DNA of 64,000 nucleotides, from NCBI GenBank assembly GCA_004322005.1, contig SCRF01000109.1:632-64631 (forward strand), written 5' to 3'. The notes under the pieces are model-generated. The model was not told the origin of the DNA and did not search any database. It saw only the letters and a program-made list of their open reading frames with translations. Every line of letters starts with the position of its first letter. The first letter of the stretch is position 1. Positions 36,773-45,875 of the stretch are shown here, piece by piece. Source of the DNA: Rhodanobacter sp. GTDB lineage: Bacteria > Pseudomonadota > Gammaproteobacteria > Xanthomonadales > Rhodanobacteraceae. A program made the translations under genes and the position numbers.

Positions 36773-38038
36773 TCAGTCTGATTTCACGCCGGCGTCCTTC
36801 ATCGATTCCAGCTTGCCCAGATCGATGCTGGCAACCGCCTGTTTCAACTGCTCGATGCTGTCGACGTTGCCGTTCGCCTTCACCGTGAAACGCTTGCCCA
36901 GAATTATGCTGTATTCGCCGTATTTGGACTGCGTATTCCACTCCTCGTGGATCATGTGGCCGTCGGCGGTATAGGTCTTCTCGTAGCCGTGGTCGGTTTC
37001 CTTCTCTTCCTCTGGCGCCATCGCGGCGGCCATCGCGATGAAACCCTTCGCTCCGCCGGTATCGGTGAGTTCTAGCGTGATGTGCTGGCCGTTGTCGCCG
37101 GAGTATTCGCCCGTGGCTTCGGAAACCTGCATGCCCATCGCATTGTTGCGCTGGGCCGAGGTGCTGGTGCGCTTGAGGCCGCCCAGGCTGTCGGGCAGGA
37201 AGGCCTTGATCTGGTCGGGTGCCAGCGCCTCGACCGTGCCGTTGGCGCCCGAGATTGCGCCGACCATCTTGCCCATCGCCGCCGACTGCGCGGCGCCGTC
37301 ACCGGATTTCTGCGCAGCATCCAGTTCCTTGCTGGCCTGCTCGGCGCGCTTGCCCATGGCGGCGAGCTGGCCGAGTGCGCTGTTGCCGTCGATGGTGACG
37401 CTGCCGTCATTGGCGCCGGTGACGTGGATGCCGCTCATCGCAGCGCCGCTCAATGCGGCTGTACCGATCACTCCAACGACGACGATACCGATGATCCAGC
37501 TCAGCACGATCGCGATGATCACACTGACCGCGGTATAGCCAGCGGCCTTCTCGACCGGACACATCATGGTATGCGGCAGGCCCAGGTAGAGCAGGTAGAT
37601 GGCGTACGCGGCACCGGCAATGGCGATCAGCCAGCCCAGCCACGGCACGATCACCGCGATGCCCGCGATCCAGCTGGCGGTCCACGTATAGGCCACGGTC
37701 TTGAGGGCCTGCAGCATGTTCTTCCGGCCACCAAAAGTGGGCGCCAGCGCATTGATGATCAGAGCCATCACGTAAACCAGTACCAGCACCAGGGCGTAGT
37801 GCAGCAGCATGCCGACCAGACCCATGCCGATCGGCGTGCGCACGGTGATGCCAAAAGCACCGCTGCCAATCAGGCTGCCCTTGATGAAACCCGCAATCGC
37901 CGGCAGGGCGGCGATGATCGCGATGTAGCCGGTATACAGTCCGCTGACCGTGTCTGGTTCGGCGGCGGCGATGGGCCACTCGGCCCGTGGTGTGGTCAGG
38001 ATGTTCTTGACGCGTGCGATGATTTTTCCGGAATCCAT
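36773..38038 (-). CDS. Yip1-domain membrane protein with a ~190 aa C-terminal soluble extension
   Basis: ATG at 38038 with a GGGAGCAG Shine-Dalgarno. Five TM segments in a Yip1-like arrangement, then a non-hydrophobic C-terminal domain. The upstream extension to 38512 was rejected. Confidence 0.6.
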   Translation of the reverse strand: MDSGKIIARVKNILTTPRAEWPIAAAEPDTVSGLYTGYIAIIAALPAIAGFIKGSLIGSGAFGITVRTPIGMGLVGMLLHYALVLVLVYVMALIINALAPTFGGRKNMLQALKTVAYTWTASWIAGIAVIVPWLGWLIAIAGAAYAIYLLYLGLPHTMMCPVEKAAGYTAVSVIIAIVLSWIIGIVVVGVIGTAALSGAAMSGIHVTGANDGSVTIDGNSALGQLAAMGKRAEQASKELDAAQKSGDGAAQSAAMGKMVGAISGANGTVEALAPDQIKAFLPDSLGGLKRTSTSAQRNNAMGMQVSEATGEYSGDNGQHITLELTDTGGAKGFIAMAAAMAPEEEKETDHGYEKTYTADGHMIHEEWNTQSKYGEYSIILGKRFTVKANGNVDSIEQLKQAVASIDLGKLESMKDAGVKSD

Positions 38039-38238
38039 GGTCTGCTCCCGAATCAGTTGCGGTGGGCTCGGCGCAGGGCGCCTGGTCGATGGGTGTACCC
38101 GCTTTCGTGACAAGCTCTGCAGCAACCTGGCGGCTGAACGTGGCGGCCGATTCTTCCGCGCTTCCCCTGTTCCGTCCTCCGACAGAAGACTGCAGCCTGC
38201 TACCATTTGCGGTCTGATGTCCAGTCCGGAGTTCACTG

Positions 38239-38448
38239 ATGTCGCCACCCCTTTCCGCGACGGTGCCGCTGGTGCCGGCAAATGCCGAAAATCGTTACGA
38301 AGTGACGCGCGCCGACCTGCCGCTGTCCTGCCCGATGCCCGGCATGGAGCTGTGGAATTCGCATCCGAAGGTTTATCTGCCGATCGTCGATGACGGTGGT
38401 GAGTCAACCTGTGCCTACTGTGGCGCGCATTACATCCTGCGGGACTGA
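38239..38448 (+). CDS. small zinc-finger (zf-CHCC-like) protein
   Basis: 69 aa with C..C early (LSCPMPG) and CAYCG near the C-terminus. Resembles the NDUFS6-like bacterial zinc-finger family. Confidence 0.55.
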   Translation: MSPPLSATVPLVPANAENRYEVTRADLPLSCPMPGMELWNSHPKVYLPIVDDGGESTCAYCGAHYILRD

Positions 38449-38514
38449 GCCGGGCGACTGATCGCGGGCTCCCGTCGGACAGCTGGCGGCATTGTTTTTG
38501 CTTGCCTTTCACGA

Positions 38515-39666
38515 ATGAAAGCCTCCAGTCCAGAACTCATGTCCAGCATTGTCGTTCCCGCCAGGCTGCTGACCGTGGTCCAGTTGATCCCCGCACTGCA
38601 TTCGGGCGGTGCGGAGCGTTCGACGCTGGAGATCGCCCGTGCCCTGGTGCAGGCTGGCCATCGTTCGGTGGTGATCTCCTCGGGCGGACGGCTGGTTGAT
38701 CAGTTGCTGGCAGCCGGCAGCGAGCATGTGGCGCTCGACCTGGGACGCAAGTCGCTGCGCACGCTGGGTCGGCTCGGCACGCTGCGGCGGGTGTTGCGCG
38801 AACTCAACCCGGACATCGTGCATGCCCGTTCGCGATTGCCGGCATGGCTTGGCTGGTGGGCGCTCAAGGGGATGACGCCGCGGCCGCATTTCATCACCAC
38901 CGTGCATGGATTCAATACGCCGGGGCGCTACAGTGCGATCCTGCTGCGCGGTGAGCGGGTGATCGCGGTATCGCAGACCCTGCGCGATTACGTACTCAGC
39001 CATTACCGCTGGCTGGAGCCGGGTCGGGTGCGGGTGATTCCGCGCGGGATCGATCCGGCGGAGTTCCCCTATGGTCATCGACCGGACGATGCCTGGCAAA
39101 AGGCTTTTTTTGCCGAGTATCCGCAGTTGGTCGGCGCACCGTTGCTGACCCTGCCGGCGCGCGGCACGCGGCTGAAGGGCCACCATGATGCGATCGAGTT
39201 GCTGGCAAATCTCAAGCGCCGCGGCATCGAGGCGCGCCTGCTGCTGCTGGGTGTCGTCGAGGCGGGGCGCGAGGCCTATCTGGCGGAGTTGCGCGAACTG
39301 ATCCGCGTGCGTGGGCTGACCTCCCAGGTCGTGCTGGCGCCGCCGCGCAGCGATATCCGCGACATCTACGCGGTATCGGCGCTGGTGCTGCAGTTGTCGA
39401 ACAAGCCCGAGTCCTTCGGACGCACCGTGGTCGAGGCGTTGTCGTTGTGTCGGCCGGTGCTCGGTTACGCGCATGGCGGTGTCGGCGAGTTGCTGGCTGA
39501 ACTTTATCCCGCCGGCCGGGTGCCGCCCGGCGATCATGAGCGACTGGTGGAACGTGCCGCGGAATTGCTGCGGGTGGCGCCGTCGATCTCGCCGCTGCAG
39601 AGTTATCAGTTGACCGAGATGCAGCAAGCCACCCTGGCGCTGTACCAGGAAGTGGCCAGCGGCTAG
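38515..39666 (+). CDS. family-4 (group 1) glycosyltransferase, LPS core type
   Basis: GT-B pattern: ..LHSGGAERS.. at the N-terminus and ..PESFGRTVVEALSLCRPVLGYAHGG..E.. (EX7E region). Confidence 0.75.
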   Translation: MKASSPELMSSIVVPARLLTVVQLIPALHSGGAERSTLEIARALVQAGHRSVVISSGGRLVDQLLAAGSEHVALDLGRKSLRTLGRLGTLRRVLRELNPDIVHARSRLPAWLGWWALKGMTPRPHFITTVHGFNTPGRYSAILLRGERVIAVSQTLRDYVLSHYRWLEPGRVRVIPRGIDPAEFPYGHRPDDAWQKAFFAEYPQLVGAPLLTLPARGTRLKGHHDAIELLANLKRRGIEARLLLLGVVEAGREAYLAELRELIRVRGLTSQVVLAPPRSDIRDIYAVSALVLQLSNKPESFGRTVVEALSLCRPVLGYAHGGVGELLAELYPAGRVPPGDHERLVERAAELLRVAPSISPLQSYQLTEMQQATLALYQEVASG

Positions 39667-39682
39667 AAATTGGTCGGATTCT

Positions 39683-39822
39683 GGTCGGCCGGGCTGCGAA
39701 TCCTTCTGTGCGGTCCACTATCCGGCGCTTCTTGGTCCATAGAGGCACGATGAGCCGTCGAAGCATCGAAATCTGTCTCTGCACAACCGAATTCTCGCCT
39801 CGACCACCAAAATCCGACAGGC
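39683..39822. repeat. ~140 bp dispersed element, copy B (first copy at 22477-22612)
   Basis: See copy A. The ends are well conserved and the centre has diverged. Confidence 0.75.
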
Positions 39823-39904
39823 TCCTGGTTCGCGCTCGCCTACAATGCGTGACCGCCTTCGATCCGGGCAACGCACGGTCTCCCTCGGCATGATCTCATC
39901 CGGC

Positions 39905-41170
39905 ATGAACTCATTCGGCAGCTCGCTCAAGGCAGCCCTGCGCTCCCCGTTGCTGCCGCTCTGGCTGGTGATCGCGTTGCTGCCATTCGGGCGCAGCTCG
40001 GAGTTGGGCACCTTGCTGTGCCTGCTGGGCGTGCTGCTGTTGTTCGCACGCGAGCCGCGCGCGCTGCAGCAGCATGCGGGCGCACGCCTGTTGCTGTGGC
40101 TGCTGGCCGCCTATGTCGGGGCGGCGCTGTTGTCGGCGTTCGACGCGATCATGCCCGGCAAGAGCTGGAGCACCGTGGCCGGCTTGCTGCGCTATGCGCC
40201 GCTGGGCCTGTATGCGTGCTTTGCGATCCGTCGCGACAGCAAGCTGCAGACACTGTATGTCGCCGTCGCACTGGTGCTGGCGTTGTGGGTCGCCGATGCC
40301 TGGCTGCAGGCACTGACCGGCTGGAGCCTTGGCGGTCATGCCGAAGCCGAGCGCGTGTCCGGCATTTTCGGCGCGGGCAATCTCAAGCTGGGGCCGACGC
40401 TGGCGGTGCTGTCGCCGTTTGCGCTGTGGGCGGCACGTCGTCGCTGGGGCCTGCCGGGTCTGCTGCTCGCCTTTGTGCTGGTCCTGGGGCCGGTCCTGCT
40501 GGCCGGTTCGCGCTCGGCCTGGTTGTGCTACGGCCTGGTGGCGCTGGGATTCATCTGGCGCGAGGCGAACTCGCTACGACGCTTTGCGGGGTACTGCGCG
40601 ATCGCTGCGCTGCTGCTGGCGCTGGCCGGCGGCATCGCCTGGAAAACTTCGGCACGCTTCGATGCCCGGATGGATCGCAGTCTGCTCGTCTTGCGCGGCA
40701 CGGATCGGTCGCTGGATATCGCGCTCAGCGGCCGGCTCGATATCTGGCACGCCAGCATCGAGATGATCGCGGCGCACCCGTTCAATGGCGTCGGCGTGCG
40801 CGGCTTTCGTTACGCCTATCCGCACTATGCGCCGGCGAATGACCACTTTCTGGTCGCCGAATCGTGCGGCGTGGGCGAGGGCGCCTGTCACGCGCATCAG
40901 CTGGTACTGGAGATCCTCACCGAAACCGGCATGCTCGGCTTGCTGCTGTGGCTGGCTGCCGTCGCTCTGGCCTGGCGGGCATGGCGTCGGGTCGGTCCGG
41001 CGGCGCGCGCGCGGGCCTTCCCGGTCACGCTGGCATTGGGCGTGATGCTGTTTCCGCTGAACACCCATCTGGCCTTCTATTCGGCCTGGTGGGGGTTGCT
41101 GTTCGCCTGGTTGCTCGGATTGTGGTGCGCCGCGTTGTATGTCGAGCCGGCGCCCGGGGGCGGCGCATGA
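39905..41170 (+). CDS. O-antigen ligase (Wzy_C/WaaL-like) family membrane protein
   Basis: About 10-12 TM segments with a periplasmic loop ..GSRSAWL.. and ..H..H.. typical of WaaL-like ligases. Start is uncertain (39845/39890/39905). Confidence 0.7.
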   Translation: MNSFGSSLKAALRSPLLPLWLVIALLPFGRSSELGTLLCLLGVLLLFAREPRALQQHAGARLLLWLLAAYVGAALLSAFDAIMPGKSWSTVAGLLRYAPLGLYACFAIRRDSKLQTLYVAVALVLALWVADAWLQALTGWSLGGHAEAERVSGIFGAGNLKLGPTLAVLSPFALWAARRRWGLPGLLLAFVLVLGPVLLAGSRSAWLCYGLVALGFIWREANSLRRFAGYCAIAALLLALAGGIAWKTSARFDARMDRSLLVLRGTDRSLDIALSGRLDIWHASIEMIAAHPFNGVGVRGFRYAYPHYAPANDHFLVAESCGVGEGACHAHQLVLEILTETGMLGLLLWLAAVALAWRAWRRVGPAARARAFPVTLALGVMLFPLNTHLAFYSAWWGLLFAWLLGLWCAALYVEPAPGGGA

Positions 41171-41245
41171 GCGGGTGCTGTCGACGCCGCCCGCGTCGCC
41201 GGCCGTCAGGCACCTGAAAGTCGCCACCGCGGTGTCGTCATGGGG

Positions 41246-42358
41246 TCACCGGCGCGCCGCCGGGGCATGCGACGATGCAGGGGTGGCTTCGCCGAGGATG
41301 CGTACGAAATCGGCGGCGATGACGCTGGTGCTGAAATGCCGCTGCACGTAATCGCGGGTCGCCGCCGCCATCGGCAGGCGCTGGGCCGGGTCGCACAGCT
41401 TGAGGATCGCATCCCGCCATGCGTCGACATCGCCCGGTGGCAGCAGCAGGCCGGTCACGCCCGCTTGCAGCGTTTCCGGGACGCCGCCGACGTCGCTGCC
41501 CAGCACCGGCACGCCTGCCGCCTGTGCCTCGATCGACACCCGTCCGAACGTTTCCGGCAGGATCGAGGGAAACGCCAGCACCGACACCGCGCTGTACCAG
41601 GGATGCACGTCGTGGATCCAGCCGGCGAAATGGTGCCGCCCGGCCATCGGCTGGGCGGCAACCCGGTCGCGTAGTGACCGGGCGTCCGGCCCGTCGCCCA
41701 GCCACAGGCAATGCAGCCGGGGTTCGTGTACCATCGCCTGGTTGGCGGCGTCCAGCAGGGTGAAGATGCCCTTGCCCGCGTGGATGCGACCGAAGTAGCC
41801 CAGCACGACGGCATCCTCGCGGATGCCGAGTGTCTGCAGGATCGCGCTGCGCCGCTGCGCGTCCGGCCGGCACAGCGCCATGTTCACCGGGTTGTACAGC
41901 ACCTGCACCAATCCTGCCGGCGTGCCGCGGTCGAGATAGGCCTGGCGGGCGTAATTCGAAACCGCGAAGAACCGTTGCGCCAGGCGTGGCAGCAGATAGC
42001 CGGAAACCCGGCTCATCGGCGGCGTGCGGTGACGGAACAGCGCAACCGGCAGCCTGAGCAGCCGTCCGCACAGGATCAGTGGCCAGTATTCCTTGCCGAA
42101 GTTGCCGACCAGCCAGTCCGGCCGCGATTGTTTTACGGCGGCGAATACCGCGGCATAGCCGCGCAGGTCGAGCACATTGCGAAACTTTGCCTCGTGCAGG
42201 CGGACATTCGAGCTGGCCAGTCCCTGGGCGATCAGGCCATCCGGATAGACCACCACGCTGACGTCATGGCCGGCTTCGGCCAGAGCCTGGGCGAGGGCGA
42301 CGAAGTGGGATGCGGCACCCGTGTTCTCGGGGTTGGTGCCGACGAAGAGAAACTTCAT
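41246..42358 (-). CDS. family-4 glycosyltransferase
   Basis: MKFLFVGTNPENTGAASHF.. and ..PETFGRVSIEAQAAGVPVLGSDVGGVPE.. . The start overlaps the upstream deacetylase stop. Confidence 0.75.
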   Translation of the reverse strand: MKFLFVGTNPENTGAASHFVALAQALAEAGHDVSVVVYPDGLIAQGLASSNVRLHEAKFRNVLDLRGYAAVFAAVKQSRPDWLVGNFGKEYWPLILCGRLLRLPVALFRHRTPPMSRVSGYLLPRLAQRFFAVSNYARQAYLDRGTPAGLVQVLYNPVNMALCRPDAQRRSAILQTLGIREDAVVLGYFGRIHAGKGIFTLLDAANQAMVHEPRLHCLWLGDGPDARSLRDRVAAQPMAGRHHFAGWIHDVHPWYSAVSVLAFPSILPETFGRVSIEAQAAGVPVLGSDVGGVPETLQAGVTGLLLPPGDVDAWRDAILKLCDPAQRLPMAAATRDYVQRHFSTSVIAADFVRILGEATPASSHAPAARR

Positions 42359-43128
42359 GCCCGTCGATCCTCGTAGCGGGTGAACGCCCGCAGCGCGAAT
42401 TGCGGCAGCAGGTGGTGGCGCGCGACCTGCACCCGCGGCAGTCGCCACGGATCCATGCCCGGCATGGCGCGTCCGCGATGGGTCGTGGTGGCCGCGGCGT
42501 AGCCGGCCTTGCGGGTGACATCGACGACGCGGTCATCCATGTCGCCGTAGGGGTAGCAGAACTGGCTTACCGGGGCGCCGATGCAATCCTCCAGTGCGGC
42601 CTTGCTGCCGTGGATCTCGTCGTGCAACTGCACGTCGCTGCAGCGGGTCAGTCGGGGGTGGCTGCGCGTGTGGGCGCCGATCTCCATGCCGCCGTCGTGC
42701 CAGCGCCGCAGTTCGGCAACCGACATCAGGGGCTTGCGGACGCCAAGGCGTTCCGCGTCCCACGTGTTGTACCGGCCGATGCAGTCGCTGACCACGTAGC
42801 AGGTGGCACTGAAACCGAACTTGTGCAGCACCGGCAGTGCCGCCGCCAGGTTGTCGGCATAGCCATCGTCGAGCGTGACCACCGCGACGCGACCCTGGCG
42901 TTCGCCGCGCAGGTAGGGCATGGCGGCCGACATGGACAGCCCGGTGTAGCCGACTCGACGCAGCAGCCACATCTGGCGGGCGAATGCAGCGGGGCTGACG
43001 TACAGGCTGCGGTATACGTGCAGATCGCGCGGTGCACGCGCGATGTTGTGATACATGAAAATCGGCAGGGCGTGCCTCCCCTGCGGCTTGGCGCGTTCCA
43101 TTGCCCGACTCCGTTGTCGATGCAGCAT
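42355..43128 (-). CDS. polysaccharide deacetylase (NodB-type) family protein
   Basis: ..VTLDDGYADN..GAHTRSHPRL..FCYPYG.. NodB motifs. An alternative start lies at 43101. Confidence 0.75.
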   Translation of the reverse strand: MLHRQRSRAMERAKPQGRHALPIFMYHNIARAPRDLHVYRSLYVSPAAFARQMWLLRRVGYTGLSMSAAMPYLRGERQGRVAVVTLDDGYADNLAAALPVLHKFGFSATCYVVSDCIGRYNTWDAERLGVRKPLMSVAELRRWHDGGMEIGAHTRSHPRLTRCSDVQLHDEIHGSKAALEDCIGAPVSQFCYPYGDMDDRVVDVTRKAGYAAATTTHRGRAMPGMDPWRLPRVQVARHHLLPQFALRAFTRYEDRRA

Positions 43129-43327
43129 CAGTGATACGTTGGCTCGCGCACCGGGATCATCCCCAATCCGTACATGCAGCGGGTGCGGGAGGACGCGGCC
43201 GATGGATCCGCGGGCGGCTCGCCTGTGCGGGATCGTCGTTCGGACGCAGGTCGCCCGGCATGACCGGTTCTTGTCGCGAATGCCGCGCCATGTCAGCAGG
43301 TCAAACTTTCACCATGCTGTCGGTGGG

Positions 43328-44254
43328 TCAGTAGACTTCGGGCGCCGCTGGCGGCCGCGTCTTGAAACGCTTGTGCACCCACAGATACTGTTCGGGCGCC
43401 TCGCGCACCATCTGTTCGATGCAGGCATTGATGCGTGCGGTGTCCTTGAGCACATCCGCATCGGGGAAGTCTTTCAGCGGTGCGCCCAGATGCAATGCGT
43501 ATCCCTGACCATCCGGCAGGCGGCGATGGGCGAACGGGATGACCACCGCGCCGGACATCCGCGCCAGGTGGTGGGTTGCCGTGATGGTGGCCGCCGGCAC
43601 GCCGAAAAACGGCACGAACACGCTGTCCTTGCTGCGCATGTCCTGGTCCGGCGCGTACCACAGCGTGCCGCCGCTGCGCAGGTATTTCACGGTGCCGCGG
43701 ATGTCGTCCTTGTCGAACATGGCCTCGGCGTAATGCAGCCGTGCGCGCAGCACCGCCCATTCGAACACGGTCGAATCCATTTTCCGGTACATGCCGGCGA
43801 TGCGGACGCGTTGCGAGACCAGCCGCGCGCACAGTTCCAGATGCGAGAAGTGACCACCGACCAGCAGCACGCCCTTGCCTTGCGCGCGCGCCGCCTCGAG
43901 GTGATGCAGCCCGTCGAGGCGGATCGGGATGCGTGCGATGCTGCGATCGCTGCCCATCCAGCCCAGGGCGAATTCCACCAGCATCAGGCCGATGTCACGC
44001 AGGTTGCGCTCGACCAGACTGGCCCTGGCCGCGGCATCGAGCTCGGGAAAGCACAGCGAAATATTGGTTTCGGCAATCTGCCGCCGCGCGGAGGGAATCC
44101 GTTGCACCAGCGCGCCGAGCCGGCGTCCCAGCCACAGCAGCGCGGGATAGCGCAAATGTGCGATCAGCCAGATCACGCCCACGCCCAGCCACGCCGGCCA
44201 ATGACGCGGCGCCAGCAGTGAACGGGTGAAGGTGGGGCGAGGCATGCCGGGCAT
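43328..44254 (-). CDS. lipid A biosynthesis lauroyl/myristoyl acyltransferase (LpxL/HtrB family)
   Basis: ..GGHFSHLEL.. (the HX4E-like acyltransferase motif), ..YAPDQD.. and ..EQYLWVHKRFKTRP are typical LpxL-family features. Start at 44254 or 44245. Confidence 0.8.
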   Translation of the reverse strand: MPGMPRPTFTRSLLAPRHWPAWLGVGVIWLIAHLRYPALLWLGRRLGALVQRIPSARRQIAETNISLCFPELDAAARASLVERNLRDIGLMLVEFALGWMGSDRSIARIPIRLDGLHHLEAARAQGKGVLLVGGHFSHLELCARLVSQRVRIAGMYRKMDSTVFEWAVLRARLHYAEAMFDKDDIRGTVKYLRSGGTLWYAPDQDMRSKDSVFVPFFGVPAATITATHHLARMSGAVVIPFAHRRLPDGQGYALHLGAPLKDFPDADVLKDTARINACIEQMVREAPEQYLWVHKRFKTRPPAAPEVY

Positions 44255-44276
44255 CGCCGGTATTGTAGCGGAGGCA

Positions 44277-44296
44277 GGAACGGGGACCGGGGAAGA
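44277..44296. repeat. solo GGGACCGG-type repeat fragment
   Basis: ggaacggggaccggggaagaac. Confidence 0.5.
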
Positions 44297-44377
44297 ACGT
44301 AAACAGGCAGGCATGCCAGTCAAGCCATTTCTCACAAACCCTTCTGAAATAAACCGTGCGCGCAGCGCACACCATTG

Positions 44378-44475
44378 CCTCCTCCCCCTTGAGGGAGGAT
44401 TGAGGAGGGGAGGTCAAGTTGCCGCCACGCCCCAAGAGCGACCCCACCCCGGCCCTCCCCGGCAAGCAGGGGAGG
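44378..44475. repeat. C-tract/G-tract hairpin repeats in the lpxL-waaA divergent spacer
   Basis: cctcctcccccttgagggaggattgaggaggggagg at 44378-44413 and ccctccccggcaagcaggggagg at 44453-44475. Confidence 0.6.
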
Positions 44476-44541
44476 CAGACCGGCCGCGACCCCGTTCCCC
44501 ACTCTCGTATACTGCCGCGTCAACCTGAAAGGTTCCCACGC

Positions 44542-45807
44542 TTGCGCTATCTCTATACCCTCGCGATGTTTCTGGTGACGCCATTGATGGTGGTGCGTCT
44601 GCTCATGCGCGGGGTGCGTTTGCGCCCTCTCCATCGGCGCTGGCCCGAGCGCTTCGGTTTCTTCGCTGCACCGGGATTCACCGGCAGCCTATGGGTGCAC
44701 GCCGTATCGGTCGGCGAGGTGAACGCAGCCGAGCCGTTGATCAAGGCGTTGCGCCGCGACTACCCGAATGCACCGCTGGTGATCACGACGGTCACCGCAA
44801 CGGGTACCGCGCGGGTGCGTCAGCTATTCGGCGACAGCGTGTTCCAGGTCTACCTGCCGTACGACTTGCCATTCGCGGTGAACGGTTTCCTGCGCCGGGT
44901 ACGGCCGCGCCTGGCGCTGATCGTGGAAACCGAGATCTGGCCGAATCTTTACTTCGCCTGCTGCCGCAGCGGGATTCCGCTGATGATCGTCAATGCGCGG
45001 TTGTCCGAACGCTCGTTGCGCGGTTACCGGCCGATGCGTGGTGTGGTGCGTGCGGCCCTGCGTTGCGTGAGCATGATTGCCGCGCAGTCGCGCATCGATG
45101 TGGCGCGCTATCGGCTGCTGGGAGCCGATCCTCGGCAGATCGCGGTGACCGGCAACATGAAGTTCGACATGCCGATACCGCACGGTGCGGAGGCATCCGG
45201 CGCCGCCATGCGCGAACACTGGGGGCCGAACCGGCCGGTGTGGGTGGCGGCCAGCACGCATGAAGGCGAAGACGCAGTGGTATTGCAGGCGCATCTGCAG
45301 ATACTCAAGCAGTTGCCCGAAGCGTTGTTGCTGCTGGCCCCGCGTCATCCGGAGCGATTCCGGCTGGTCGAACATGCGGTACGCAGCCAGGGCTTCAGCG
45401 TGGCCACGTACAGCGCCGACACCATGCCGTCACCGCGGCATCAGGTGTTCGTGATCGATGCGATGGGACAGCTCATGCCGTTTTTCGCCGCCGCCGATGT
45501 GGCGTTCGTGGGCGGCAGCCTGGTGCCGATCGGCGGCCACAACGTGCTGGAGCCGGCGGCACTGTCCACCCCGGTGCTGGTGGGGCCGCACACCTTCAAT
45601 TTCGAGGAAATCACCCGCAGCCTGATCCGCCAGGGCGGTGCCGAGCGCGTGACGAGCCCCGAGCAGCTGGATCGGGACGTGTTGCAGTTGCTCAATGACC
45701 CGGGCAAACGCCAGCAGATGGGGCTGGCCGCGCAACAGCTCTTCGAGCGCGAGCGTGGCGCAGTACAGCGGATCATGCGCATGATCGACACCCTGCTCCA
45801 GGAATAG
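44542..45807 (+). CDS. waaA: 3-deoxy-D-manno-octulosonic acid (Kdo) transferase
   Basis: (L)RYLYTLAMFLVTPLMVVRLLMRG..WVHAVSVGE aligns with the E. coli WaaA N-terminus. Probable TTG start at 44542; the next ATG is at 44566. Confidence 0.85.
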   Translation: MRYLYTLAMFLVTPLMVVRLLMRGVRLRPLHRRWPERFGFFAAPGFTGSLWVHAVSVGEVNAAEPLIKALRRDYPNAPLVITTVTATGTARVRQLFGDSVFQVYLPYDLPFAVNGFLRRVRPRLALIVETEIWPNLYFACCRSGIPLMIVNARLSERSLRGYRPMRGVVRAALRCVSMIAAQSRIDVARYRLLGADPRQIAVTGNMKFDMPIPHGAEASGAAMREHWGPNRPVWVAASTHEGEDAVVLQAHLQILKQLPEALLLLAPRHPERFRLVEHAVRSQGFSVATYSADTMPSPRHQVFVIDAMGQLMPFFAAADVAFVGGSLVPIGGHNVLEPAALSTPVLVGPHTFNFEEITRSLIRQGGAERVTSPEQLDRDVLQLLNDPGKRQQMGLAAQQLFERERGAVQRIMRMIDTLLQE

Positions 45808-45831
45808 CCGGCGGCAGGAAGCAAGCCCACG

Positions 45832-45858
45832 AAAAGGCCGGCGTGCAGCCGGCCTTTT
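45832..45858. terminator. bidirectional rho-independent terminator (waaA / tolC convergent)
   Basis: aaaaggccggc-gtgca-gccggcctttt. Confidence 0.75.
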
Positions 45859-45875
45859 CCACGCGCGAGGACCAC

